Origin: Marsupella aquatica
Taxonomy: Eukaryota; Plantae; Marchantiophyta
NCBI GenBank assembly: GCA_973895155.1
Contig: OZ316898.1
Span: 5,567,079-5,631,078 of the forward strand
Direction: 5' to 3'
Length of the DNA: 64,000 nucleotides
In this document: positions 49,401-62,182 of the stretch, one piece after another
How the letters are laid out: each line of letters opens with the position of its first letter
Position numbering within the stretch: position 1 is the first letter of the stretch
Made by a program: the position numbers and the translations under genes
The notes under the pieces: model-generated
The model's input: the letters and a program-made list of their open reading frames with translations, nothing else
What the model was told of the DNA's origin: nothing
Database searches by the model: none

Positions 49401-52324
49401 AATGAGTGGGAGACCTTGTAGCAAATGAACAGTCGCAAGTGAGGGACGAGGCCAATTTATGGTGTGAGCTGTAGTTCAAGTGAGTCATGTCTTGACCATA
49501 AACGACTGTACAGATAAACTAAACCTGTAGCATGCCAACGTGCTGCAGTCTTCCCCACGGACTCCACACCATTCTCGTTGAAAACTGCTCATATAACAAA
49601 ACATCGATCTGCTGTAGTTCACGTACATACAATAAATTGCCAAAGCAAAGCCAGGAGTGTCGTACAGAGAAGGTCTGCAATCGTGGAGCACATTCTCGAA
49701 AGATGATGCAAAATGAGAGAAGAAATAAGCTTGTTGTCCAGAAAGCAGTGTTCACTGACAGGAACGAGAAGAATGAAAGCAATTTTGTTAACTGTTGATG
49801 ACAATTCAAGGGAAAAGATCCGGACGACAGCTAGAGACCAAGCTGTATAATACAATTATCAGCGATGGTCCCGCGTAGGCTGTCGCATGCAGAGTCAACT
49901 CAGACAGCGAAGGGGGTCGCCCAAGAGCCCTAGGGACATTGGATTCTGCCATTTTTCTGCTCCTCCAGCAGACATTGCTCAAAGAATCCAAGGTCGTCGT
50001 CTGGCCCCAAAGGTGGGCGGATCATCTAGGCCGTTCCATCGACTCTCAGGAGTCTGTGAGCGACCAAGGAGGGGGGGATACGAGAACCGACTCAAAATGG
50101 ACTGAAATCATGCAGGAGCAGTCTCGAATCTGCAGCGGGACGTCCATTACCTCCACAACACGTGCGGTGACGCACCAACTTAGTACAGTACCGAAATGGA
50201 GGCTGCAAAAGTGAAGTGCAGTCTGCAAGACGCCAAGACAGCACACAAATCATTACCTTCCAGTCCCAAGTTCTCGTTCAGTCGTTCGTGCTGACGACAT
50301 TAGTTTATAGCAATAATTGAAACGGAATGCATAAAAAACTTAAAAGACCACAAGGGCGACTGAAGATTGAACTGGGTACAATCCGTAAGCAGGACTTGCG
50401 GTCTGCGCCCAATAAGGTCAAGAAGGTCACGGTCCCACTACTGCGTCCTTTCTCGAAAAGGCAGCCAAATCCATTTTACCAACCATGTGCGCCATTCGGT
50501 AGCACACAGCAAATGCGAAGGCACTTAGCTACAGTACAGTAGTTCAGTACTCTTTGCTCGATTTGTTCTTCCTGATTCTACAATGAATTCCTGTAGTAGG
50601 ACCCAGACCTCACCAGATGCGAGCTCTTGATTCTTGTGAGATGTCACGGCTGGCCCGGGTGGCCCTCACGGCTGACTTGCATGGTCGTAGCACCCGCCCA
50701 TGCAATTGATTGACTGTTGCGAGAAACTTGTTGGTAGTATTTTTAGATTACTCACTGCTAGGGTGTTTCAAACCAGTTGTTCCTAATTTTGTTTGGTGAG
50801 AGTGAGTTGGTGCGTCAAACGAGCAGTTCCTAATTTTGTTTGGTGAGAGTGAGTTGCCACAGGAAATTGCAGTCTGTGACCCTGACTGAAATCCGACTTT
50901 CCCAAACTTAACCCAAGGTGCTGTTGGTTAGAAACGGGTCACGACACCCGCCCATGCCGTGTTCTCTGAGGGCACCGGCCCATTTGCGTGGGGCATTTAA
51001 TCTTGGTGGACGCCTGTGCATTGACTGCCCGAGTTAGTGACAGTAGCAATTTTGAGGGAACCAAAGATGTTTGACCATCGACCTGGCCCGCGGCATTCAA
51101 GTCAAGGGAAACCTCCGCAGAACAGCTGTTTGAGATGCCCTATTGGGATCTCCAGACAGTGCAAAAAACCTTTTGTTTTCTCAACTCTCACAATGGGGAG
51201 GGCTGATGGTGTCAACAATCTCCAATCTCTCCCTGCAAGACCAGCTCTCAGCTCTCAGCTCTCAGTGGGAGCTTTGACACCCCCTGTTGTAGGAAGTCTA
51301 GCATGCCATGGATGTCAGTGACAGTAGCAACTCAAATACAGTTTTGTCACTCCTTTAGAAGGGACCAAATGTTTCAACAATTTTGAGTGGTATGCATCAC
51401 TAGACCAAATACTACCAATGCTGTCATGATAACATTTGAATTTCTGTGACCAGTTGTCCAACCTGCACACCCAAATAGTCCACATCCAGAGTGAGCACCA
51501 GCAAGAAATTTGCATGATGGACGCAAAGTGAAAAAAACTTTACTACATTGGGCCAAAATACACCCTGATGCATTTTGGTAGCAGCTCGAGTTAGCAGAGA
51601 AAACATCCCCATGAGATAAATTTCCCAAGTTGGACCCCGATCAATGCAAACGTCTGGGGTTACAGACCCACTAGGAAAATTTCTTGAGCACAAACCATTT
51701 CAGACCGCTGCACAAGCCGGTATCATTGGCAAACGTTGAGTTTTGCCCATCAAATGCAAATCCGTAAAAGGTTTAGGTACATCCCTCTGGGGTTTGTTCA
51801 GCAATATTTTCCTGATTTTTCTTGCTGCCTGTAAAAACGTATATAAGTTAAGCCAAAATAATGGGAGGCAAAGCTTATAGCTCAATGAGTTTGGGGGAAG
51901 GTTCCTTATGTCAACCAGTTTGACGGATAGCATCGTGAAAAATGTGTTTTCTTCTGGACCCAGATTCAATATCTCCACTCTAGTTCGTACATTTGGGCAC
52001 ATTATAAATCACACCTCTTCTGCATGCATTGGTTGCTGTTATAAACTAAATATACTAAGTATATATATACACAAGAGCAACCAATCAACCTAGGGTAGGA
52101 TGCACTCACGTTTCTAACTGAAAAAGTCAGTCTAGAGAGGTCAGTGCGAAAGTCACAACTCACTACCAGTCACGAAATCAACGTTTGTCACTTTGGAACA
52201 AATCCATGATTGTGAACTGGAGCCCCACTGCAGAGGAGCAGATAGCAGATGATTGTGAGAGGCAACTAGCCAAATGTAGAGCCACAAGTACAGGACCAAC
52301 CCCAAATGATATCAGATTAGCCTA

Positions 52325-52691
52325 CAGTCAACCGTGGGTAAGTGCATCATGGATAAGTGCATTCCATCACTCAGTACAAGCATGTATTCACTACTTCAAC
52401 ATATGCATCATTCATTAATAAGTGCACCAGACAACTATACATTGTAGTTTCATGCACGTATCAAGTTGACCCATGGAATATGAGGGCTTGGGACCTGAGG
52501 AGTCAGATGAATGAGGCAACCAATATGGGAAGTGTCTAAGCAGTTTCTCATGAAGTTATTAGATAAAACAGAATGTGCACATATGATGAATTGCATGAAC
52601 AATATACTTCGCACTCATAGCATAGGTATTCCATGGTAAGTGCTAGCTGTGGGTATCTTCCTGGCATCATGCAGGTATCCAGGGTTGACTG
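52325..52691. mobile_element. Tc1/mariner(pogo)-type MITE (367 bp), TA TSD
   Basis: TA|cagtcaaccgtgggtaagtgcatcatg ... catcatgcaggtatccagggttgactg|TA: about 27-bp imperfect TIRs beginning CAGT and flanked by TA. Confidence 0.78.
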
Positions 52692-55600
52692 TATGCAGTC
52701 AAATAATGAATGTCAAACTTTTGAGGATTTCAAGACAAATCAGTTTGAATCAATGATATATGACTAACAGTACATTCACCGATGAATCTGTTATAAATGG
52801 GAAGAGTGACAAAAAATTCAACTTCCAAATCCAATCAGATGGAATGCTGTATGGTATACAAACTAATCCACACAAAAGTGTTTGCTTAGTGTGGGATCAA
52901 GAATGGTTGGGTGACTAGATTGAGTCACTTATATCTTGATGACTTGTTTGTTTGGGCCACTACATTAAGCAGAGTGGGGTTTCAGGTCTTTTCTATCCAC
53001 ATTCTTTGGGTGATTTAGATGTACAATGAAATGATCTGGCTAGGCTCAGTGGCCCCTCTTCTGCTTCTAGGAGATTGGGGTAGGTTCGCCTATTTACTCT
53101 CTTGGCCCATACTTAGGGCTGCTTATCATTTTTTCTTTTACTTTGTAAAGTGGGTGTTCCCCTCTCAAGAATTAAAGCCAGTTACACAGCTGAAATGCTA
53201 TGGCGGGTTTCCTCCATTATGTAAAAGACATTAGGGTTAGGTGGCAATTCGCTGGTGGAAGATGTCCTAGGCAGAAGGGTATGTGACACGTCCAATTTGA
53301 GTGTTCCCAACTTTAAGCAGTGCCAATAGAATTAAGCAGTGCCAATAGAAGTGGCCACTAGGGTTTCAAAAGAATAAAGACAGTGGTGAATTTGGCTCAA
53401 ACACTTCTCTGTTTTTGTTCATTTCTTTGTAGAGATGTCCAGCCCGATATCCAGTTCAAATCTTGGGTAGGATTTTTTGACTAAATCTTGGGTAACTATT
53501 ATGAAAACACTGCCCACAACCAAGTCATATGGACTTGTAGTATTTCACTCCAGTCATCATGATCTACATTAGTTCTCTCTTTTGTTTACGGTACAAAGAA
53601 TCTTGATTATAAAGTAAGGGATGAACATACATTACTGCAGTTTTTCAACTGGGCGTGCTTCTTGGGTGTCTCATTGTCATCCCCTCCTCTTCCTCCCTTT
53701 TCCTCTTCTTGCTGGAGGTGGGGCTTGGCTTTCAAATGACTTCTTATTTTTTATGCAGGGAAAGGACCAATTTACTAAAATCTTTCTCTTATTATTCTAT
53801 CCCCCAATTTGGTTGAAATTACTTCTCTCTTCCCAGAACTAATTTAATTATCAGGTTGTCCTGATGGTGATCTATGTAATGACCAGTTTGGCTAACCTTG
53901 ACTGTAGTAATCTGAGGTGCCATGCTATTTATCTGTGGGCACATATAGGCTTGTGATTTGCCAAACTAACCCCTGTCCAACTACATTCATCCTGGACTGG
54001 GTTTCCCCATCTGAACCTCATTAGAACACAGGTATGGGCTACTAGCATTTCTGGTCTTCTGCAACATCCATTAAAAATGGGTCTATACTCCATTGCACGT
54101 GATCTGCCATTTCCGTGGAAGTCACCCCCCAGAAGCAAAAACACTTTACTAAAAAGGGCCAAATAATGTCCAATAGAATAAAAGAAAAAGAGGACATACT
54201 ACAAACACCTAACCCAAAAGAAGAAAGCAACTACAAACCCCAAGATCCTACAAAGAGGAAAAAATAACAGGGGGCCCCAAAAACATGAAAAGAAGAAAAA
54301 AATTTGAGGGGGGGCATTCCTTTACACCTGACTCGAGCCATGCAAAATAAACTATACTGGTACCTGAGGTGGAGGCATGATGCACTCAGCCAAACTTTGT
54401 GAACTTTTAAACAAATGCTTCGCTAGAGTAAAGGTGTGGCTATTTTAGGGGTAGGTTTCATGGTGGCCTGCTGAGGGTGGTGTACTGTCGGCTACTTTGG
54501 ATCTCCTTTTAATTGTTTTTATTATTTCTCCCTTCTCTTATTTGACCAAGTCTCCTTGGTCTTAGTGCCTTGACATCTCACTTTTCAAAACTGAAGCTCT
54601 TATGGATCACAACCTCTTATGGAGGCTGGTAAAATATGGAAAAGATGAATGAGTCATACATGGCCAAGAGAGTTTCCAAAAAACAAAATATTGTCGCCAA
54701 AGTTTGTGGCTTGCATGCTCTGTTTTTGGGATTTCAGGCAGAGATCAATTGAATTGAGAAACTTACACACGAGGTGAGAGCACTTACTACTCCAAACCCT
54801 CTCATGAGAATGGATAGGATGATAGTAAACGGAATACTTGGTGAGAGAGAATAACTCGAAAAGAAAAAGAAAGGAAAAAAGTGAGAATAACTGGTGAGTG
54901 ATTGAAGAATATAAGAAAAGCAACAGTAGACAATTTCAAGATTTCAGAGAATTGCGCTTTAAGACGTCATAGATAACCTCAGATCAGCGTTCGTATACTT
55001 GCACGGGGCATCTTCTCCTTATTGAGTGAAAACGATATTTTGACAAATTTCCCATGCAACAGAACGTTAAAAAAACCAAAAAGAAAGTATATCGTCGCAT
55101 GAGGACAACTTAATCGACTGTTTGAATAGCTTGGCAGTTTCAACGAATAGACCTCATGCAGCCACGTTGGTCAGGCAGTCCATGTAACATTCGCTATCCA
55201 GCAAGGTACTAAGGGACTACTCAGTTCACCAACAAATAGTTAGTTGTTGCAAAGGCTTGTTCAAAAGCTCAACAACCGTGAGCCAAATGCTCAGCTTGTA
55301 GTAAGTGGCTTGCTCGAGGCAGTTTCCCCTTACACTACCGGTGGCCATATGCAAGCCAGAAACTCCACAGCCCAGACAGCTCATTCACTCCTCTCTGCCT
55401 AGGACACGGTAGTACCAATTGTACCATGTTAATGATACTATGGTTAGAACTTGGTGGATTTGGGTTGCCGAGATGGACGGGCCGTTGAAGAAAGAATCAA
55501 CAGTTTGGAGAACCAATGCAGATGGGGCTGTGTGGGTTAAGTGTGGTCTCTCAAGTGCAAAAACTCATTAAAAACATTAATTTGTCAGTAAACCGGACAC

Positions 55601-58600
55601 ACGCTTTCAAATCAGAGAGTAGAAGCAACAGTTTTCCTTTTATTTTGACTGCCCAACACTTTGCCTTTTATTTTGACTGCCCAAAATAGTTTTCCCGTGT
55701 CAAGATGTGTTTTTGCATTGGTGTCAAGGTGATGTGTTCTAGAAAAAGAGAAACTAAATCCTCCTTACACCTAAACCACAAAATGCCCAGATTAACCAGA
55801 GCAGCAGACTGACCTGCAGAAAAAAGCTTTTTGTACTCAAATAGCACTTGGTCCATTTGGGTTACAAGGTTCATGGGAGTGGTTTTGAGCATTAGTGCAG
55901 AAAAATAGACCAAAATACCCATTGGCTGGGAATACTTAAGATGGCCACCCACAAAATTCTCGAAGCACACTAGAATGAATCTGATTGTGAGTCACTATGG
56001 TAATCTGGCTACACTCAAGAAGAGGAGAAGCCTTTCTTGCATTGGTTTTTTGGGTGGCAAAAATTCTGTGATTGTGTGGAGAACTGGCTAATGAACAACC
56101 AAAACATCTAGCAAATTTACACCAAAGGTAACAAAGACATTTCAGAGAGGTGGAATCTAACTGGTATCCTTGAATCTAGGGAGGTCTTACTGTCAAAAAT
56201 GAATTTAATAAAATTAGACAACAAGTATTCAGAGTATCTTTCCATTCACAGAAGGTGACTTTCGTCAAGGTGTCACGAACAGGTAGACAAAGCTTGACCT
56301 GGAAGACATTTAATGAGCTGATTGGCTGGCCAAAGCTCTGATAAATAAGTCAGGATCCAGATCCAAATCACACGTTTCTGCCTGCGAGTTGCAGTAATTG
56401 ACAATTGCGCCAAAAAATGGCACCACAACCGGACCGACAAATACAGTAGTTGCTTGCCATGCGGATTACCGCGAAGGACTCTACATTACACTCCGGGTGT
56501 AGTAAATCTGGAAAGAGACGAGCTGATTGAGGGAGCCTTTTTTCTAGGTAGAGAAAATTCCCTCGTGTAGTTCCCACCTCTCTAGAAAATATCCCTTATT
56601 AGGAGAAAATTGACTTAATTTTTGGGTCTTCCATTGGGGAGCCCTCTTTAGGACAAATTTGACTTGTTTTTTTGTGGGTCTTCCATTAGGGATTTTCAAA
56701 GCACAGTAGTAACTCATGCCAAGAACATAGTTTTATGGTTTGTATGCAACTCCATTTGGGATACCAATAAATGTCTAGGTAAACTTGAGTTGAAACTCAT
56801 AGATCTAGAGTTCAAAAATTGTGGCTGATTATTCCCTTTCTGCTGAGTTTCACAGATTCTCCTTAATTTTTTTAAAATACAAAAATAAAACTCAAACGTA
56901 CACAAATTGACTGTTTGAAGAGTTGATTTCGATCCATTTTGGTAATAGTAATCTGACTCACAAAGTGCTATTCGTATGGAACTGTGTCGTGCTTTGTCTC
57001 CAGCCATAAGTAAAATTTACAACCCACAATGACTCGTTCCAGAAGCATTAAGACTACCCACCCCCTGCGTGTAGAATTGCCTTACCTAGACTTACAGCTA
57101 AAATTATGTAGGACACAAACTTCTAACCTGCTTTTACAGTCCCTATTCGCCATTTCTGATTCTCCATAGACGTCACAAGCCAGAATGTGGATATTGCTAA
57201 GTCAAGGGACATCTGAAAGGTATAAATTAATCTAGAAAATTAGATAATAAATATTACTGGTATCTTCTCCTTTACCCAAGGTGACATTAGATATTATAGT
57301 TTCTTCTATTCTATTCTACGCGCCATCTCCCACTTGGCCACAGACTGCATGTTTACACAAGGCTACATTGGATAGTATTTTTTCTTCAATTCGCCATTGC
57401 CCACTTGGCCACAGACTGCATTAGCTAGAATGATGGATTCCTTAAATCCAGGTACATCTAACGGTCGGAAATTAATTCAGGCAATTTAGATAATGAAGAT
57501 TACTAAAGCATCTTCTCTCCACAAGGTGACATTCGCCACCGTGGAAAAAAGGAAACACCCCTTAAAATTATGCCGGTCTGTGTCCTGTATCCTTCCCAAG
57601 CCCAGCAGAGCCCATATGGTGCCTAAAATAAGGGCGTTGAACGAGTAAGCACACGTCAGATTCCGGTGACAGAATTAAATTCTTATCAGCTGGCTGGGTT
57701 CCGTGGTTTGATACCGCTGGAGCTGAAGTTACGGTGGGTGATGGACGGAATGCAGCTGTAGCTTGCCTCCATAGCTCGCTGGCTTGATGTCCTCCGTCCC
57801 ATGCATTCCCAGACCGTCGATCTCATCAACCTGCTGCATTATTTGTTTCTCCTATGGTTCTGCTCTTGCTTTTGCCCTGCCGGTTGGCAAGGGGTGCGGG
57901 GGTGAGGAGCCATTGCTTTGGATTAGGCACTAGAGCAGTGATTAGCTGCCCATGGTTAGGTGTTCATAACCCTAGGGGTCATGTTGCCTTGGAACCCCCA
58001 AGGCTTTCAAAATTTAATATGAGAACGGTGGCTTGCTAACCTGTGGCTTCTTCGGAGGCCTGTATCCCATTCACCAGTCTGACCAGAGGGTTATGTATGG
58101 GATTAAGGCCATAGTGTTACTTTTCTGAGATATAGGGTGACCATATGTTGATTCACTTATTCGGGGAGAAATACAGGAGACCATATAATCATAAAAAAGA
58201 CCATACTTCGTTGGTCATACCTTCAGGTGTGTGTCAGTTATGATTGGACCACATAGACCTTGTTGGCAGGTCTGTTCTGTCTAGCATTCTTTACTTTGAA
58301 TCGAGACCGTATAGCTTGTAACGAGAAATTAAAACTCACATGTGGGTAGGAGTAACTGGGCAATTAGGACCTTAATACATGAGCGCATGACCTCAAATAG
58401 TCAAGTTAAGGTCAGTAGCTGGTTTGTGCTGTTTGTTTGATTTTTCTTTGCTATTTGTGGGGGACATAAACTTGACCTGATCTTAACATCCATTTATGAT
58501 CTCTTGCTACCCTGTAATGGACTTAGTGCCTCAGTATGCGTTGGTGCATATGCACCTCGACATACCGTTGATGCTTTACCGCCATAATGGGGCACCCAGA

Positions 58601-59125
58601 GACATTAGTTGTATGCATAATCCCCAGCCAGCCTTGCCTAGTCTCAAAATTTGATGTGAGAAAATATGTGTGTTAATCTTGCAAACCCAACACCACCCTA
58701 ACCCTCTCCAGGCCATGGGTTACCCTACACATAAACCTCTACCCAGCTTGGCCAGGGGGCTCCCAGGTCTCAGGATTCCCTGCTCAGAATTTCTACTTTT
58801 TATGCCAGACAAGAGTTTTGAGGTTATGCTTGCTAACCCGAGGCCTCTTCAGGGTCCACTCGCCGATACCTACACAATAAAAACCATTGCTTGGTAACCC
58901 TAGGCCTTGTTGGGGTCATGCTTGCTAACCTGAGGCCTCTTCGGGTTCCACTCCTTATTACCCACACAACACAACCCCCTCCAGGATGAGATAATATGAG
59001 GGGTGCACTAATCAATTTAAAAAATAATCAGATTTTATCATAGTATGGAGGGATGTGGTAGAGCCTACATGTCATATTTTGATGTGCAGTTAAAGGACCC
59101 TTACACATTCCTGCGGGGCAAGGAG

Positions 59126-59306
59126 GTGACGTGGAAGGCACATTGTTGGTCGGGGTACAGGTTAGTTAACTCAGGTCGAGATGCTGGGCGAAGCGAATAA
59201 CGGTCGAGATGCTGGGCGAGCGGACTGTTGATTCGTTCCGTCCTTGGTGAGCGGGGAAGTAAAGTTCAGAGTTCGGAGAGGTGGCATTTTGCGGGGTATA
59301 TTTAAA
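59126..59306 (+). promoter_or_regulatory. Putative PAL promoter: ACGT element, AC/MYB elements and TATA box
   Basis: TGACGTGG at 59127-59134, GTTGGT (ACCAAC on the minus strand) at 59145-59150, GGTTAGTT at 59160-59167, and TATATTTAAA at 59297-59306 followed by a CT-rich leader. Confidence 0.5.
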
Positions 59307-59603
59307 GCACTCGCAGCATGCATGATCTCTCAATAGCAGCGTTCCCACTCGCCTCGAGCAGGCCTCCTCCTTCCCCGCAGCAGCAGCAGCTCCAGCCTCT
59401 CCCTCGCTCGCTCGTTCTTCCTTTTCAATACCGTCGTTTTACACACTAGTGCAGCCAAATTTTTCCTCCCTAAACCCTGTCCCTCGGGAGCGACCTCGCC
59501 CCCGCATCGCCTGCTCAGCACGCATGATCTAGGAGCCGAGCCGGTAGACGGTGGGACTACGTCAACCTTTTTTCACAGTGGCAGCGCAGCACAGGCCCGG
59601 GGA

Positions 59604-59664
59604 CTGATTGCAGGCTGATTGCGGGCTGATTGCGGGCTGATTGCGGAGCAGCAGGGCAATCAGT
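59604..59664 (+). repeat. 11-bp repeat (ctgattgc.gg) x4 plus one inverted copy in the putative PAL 5' leader
   Basis: ctgattgc at 59604, 59615, 59626 and 59637; gcaatcagt at 59656-59664. Confidence 0.85.
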
Positions 59665-60013
59665 GTGTGGAAGCATAGCCAGTGCCAGCATTGGTTTCAG
59701 GAAGTGCCAAAGGGGTGGGGGTGTTCTCGTCAGGACTCGGTCGTCTGTAATTTACTCGCTCCGCATACCGGCTGTTCTTATAGCTCGGGTCGGCAGTCCT
59801 GGGATCGCTCAGTCTCACATTGTGCAGTGCAATCCGGTGGGTTCAAGCAAAGCTTCGAGGCTTCTCTCTCTAGGGAAGGAAGTGGAAGAGTAGAGCCAGA
59901 GTTCTCGTACAGGACGATAGTTTGACGATCTGGAAGGTGTTGCTGGTGTTGATTCCGAAGACGGAGAAAGAGAGGAGGGATTGCAATCCCAGAAGGCAGA
60001 AGCGGTGAAGAAG

Positions 60014-62182
60014 ATGATGACCGAGATGCACGGAGTGATGGAGTGCGAGCCCGTGAGCTACAATGCAGGGCAGGGATTTGGGTTGTGCATGGAGGCAGAG
60101 AAAGGAGCTGTGGATCCGTTGGGATGGGGGCGTGCCTCCGAGCTCTTGACAGGGAGCCATGTGGCTGAAGTAACGAAAATGGTCAAGGAGTTCGAGACCA
60201 CAAAGGAAGTGAAGATTCAGGGAGTCTCTCTGACTGTGGCGCAGGTAGCTGCTGTCGCACGGAAAGATGCTAAGGTAACTCTCGATGCCGCAGTGGCCAA
60301 GACCAGGGTGGATGAGAGCTCCAACTGGGTCCTTGAGAACATGCTCAAGGGCACTGATACCTACGGTGTTACCACGGGGTTCGGAGGTACGTCTCATAGG
60401 CGGACCAATCAAGGTGTTGAGTTGCAGAGGGAACTTATCCGCTTTCTGAACGCCGGAGTTATCAATGTCGGGGGAGATCACTCGCTGCCTGTTCCCAGCA
60501 CCAGGGCCGCCATGTTGGTGAGGACCAACACCCTGCTTCAGGGTTACTCCGGCATTCGCTGGGAAATTCTAGAGGCCTTGCAGGATGTGATTAACTGCGG
60601 CATTACTCCAAAGCTTCCCCTGAGAGGAACCATCACCGCGTCTGGTGATCTCGTCCCTCTCTCATACATTGCAGGTCTCCTCACTGCCAGACCCAATTCA
60701 AAGGCTGTGACTGCTGATGGTAAGACCATCTCCGGAGCAGAAGCTCTGAAGTTGGCTGGAATTGCGAAGCCTTTCGTTCTGCAGCCCAAGGAAGGGCTTG
60801 CCATCGTGAACGGCACTGCTGTCGGAGCTGGGCTGGCGTCCACAGCCTGCTACGATGCCAACATTTTAGCCCTCCTGAGCGTCGTGTTGTCCGGCTTTTT
60901 CTGTGAAGCAATGAACGGGAAGCCCGAATTTACGGACTTCCTGACCCACAAGCTGAAGCATCATCCAGGACAGATTGAGGCTGCTGCAATCATGGACTGG
61001 GTGCTGGATGGCAGCGAATACATGAAGGCTGCTGAGGAATTGCACAAGATGGATCCTCTGAAGAAGCCCAAGCAAGACAGGTATGCTCTGAGGACGTCAC
61101 CACAATGGCTCGGACCTCAGATTGAGGTTATCCGGTTTGCGACCCATGCGATCGAGAGAGAAATTAACTCTGTCAACGATAACCCACTCATCGATGTGGG
61201 ACGAAACAAAGCCGTGCACGGCGGAAACTTCCAGGGGACTCCCATTGGAGTGTCCATGGACAACCTGAGACTTGCGCTCTCAGCTATTGGCAAACTTATG
61301 TTTGCCCAGTTTAGTGAGCTCGTCAACGACTTCTACAACGGAGGTCTTCCAGCCAACTTGAGCGGAGGTCCGAACCCTTCTCTGGACTACGGATTTAAGG
61401 GGGCCGAGATTGCTATGGCCTCGTACACCTCCGAGCTCCTCTATCTCGCCAATCCTGTCACCACGCACGTCCAAAGTGCGGAGCTTCACAACCAGGACGT
61501 GAACTCCTTGGGGCTGATCTCTGCCAGAAAGACAGAAGAGGCCATCGAGATCCTCAAGCTCATGTCGTCGACTTTCTTACTGGCACTCTGCCAGGCTATC
61601 GACCTTCGGCACTTGGAGGAGAATTTGCAGGCCACAGTCAAGCAGGTGGTATCGCAGGTCGCCAAGAAGACGCTCTCAGCAAGCAACAACGGCGCGCTCC
61701 TGCCTTCACGATTTGCCGAAAAGGATCTTCTCAAGGTGGTGCAAGACTTGCCGGTGTTTAACTACGCTGACGATCCCACCAGCGTTGCCTACCAATTGAT
61801 GGGGAGTTTGAGGCAGGTCCTTGTTGAGCATGCGTTGAAGTCGCCGAAGGACGTCGAGTCCAATACCGTAACGTCAGTGTTCAACAAGATTCCGCTTTTT
61901 GAGGAGGAATTGAAGGCGCAGCTGCCCGCTGCTGTGGCTGCCGCCAGAGAGGCTTATGACAACGGTGTTGCAGCCATACCTAACAAAGTGACGAAATGCA
62001 GAACGTACTCACTATACAAGCTCGTCCGTGGGGATTTGGGGACCAAGCTCTTGAGCGGAACTGGAACCAAGAGTCCAGGTGAAGATGTTGAAGTTGTATT
62101 TGAGGCTATTTCTCAAGGTAAACTTGCAGGGCCGTTGCTCCAATGTCTTACAGGTTGGAACGGAGCACCTGGACCATTCTAA
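60014..62182 (+). CDS. PAL: Phenylalanine ammonia-lyase (intronless)
   Basis: MIO-forming '[17 protein letters not shown]', '[10 protein letters not shown]', '[12 protein letters not shown]', 'NSVNDNP', 'HGGNFQG' and 'HNQDVNS'. 'ELIRFLNAG' has Phe at the substrate-selectivity position (PAL rather than PTAL). The first in-frame ATG is 60014; the ORF track starts at TTG 59981. Confidence 0.97.
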   Translation: MMTEMHGVMECEPVSYNAGQGFGLCMEAEKGAVDPLGWGRASELLTGSHVAEVTKMVKEFETTKEVKIQGVSLTVAQVAAVARKDAKVTLDAAVAKTRVDESSNWVLENMLKGTDTYGVTTGFGGTSHRRTNQGVELQRELIRFLNAGVINVGGDHSLPVPSTRAAMLVRTNTLLQGYSGIRWEILEALQDVINCGITPKLPLRGTITASGDLVPLSYIAGLLTARPNSKAVTADGKTISGAEALKLAGIAKPFVLQPKEGLAIVNGTAVGAGLASTACYDANILALLSVVLSGFFCEAMNGKPEFTDFLTHKLKHHPGQIEAAAIMDWVLDGSEYMKAAEELHKMDPLKKPKQDRYALRTSPQWLGPQIEVIRFATHAIEREINSVNDNPLIDVGRNKAVHGGNFQGTPIGVSMDNLRLALSAIGKLMFAQFSELVNDFYNGGLPANLSGGPNPSLDYGFKGAEIAMASYTSELLYLANPVTTHVQSAELHNQDVNSLGLISARKTEEAIEILKLMSSTFLLALCQAIDLRHLEENLQATVKQVVSQVAKKTLSASNNGALLPSRFAEKDLLKVVQDLPVFNYADDPTSVAYQLMGSLRQVLVEHALKSPKDVESNTVTSVFNKIPLFEEELKAQLPAAVAAAREAYDNGVAAIPNKVTKCRTYSLYKLVRGDLGTKLLSGTGTKSPGEDVEVVFEAISQGKLAGPLLQCLTGWNGAPGPF

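Noticed and set aside
53231-53244. Interstitial telomere repeat
   Set aside because: Fewer than two full units; compatible with chance.
19013-62182. PAL + 2OG dioxygenase biosynthetic gene cluster
   Set aside because: The genes are about 39 kb apart, separated by an unrelated gene, with no other pathway enzymes in the window.
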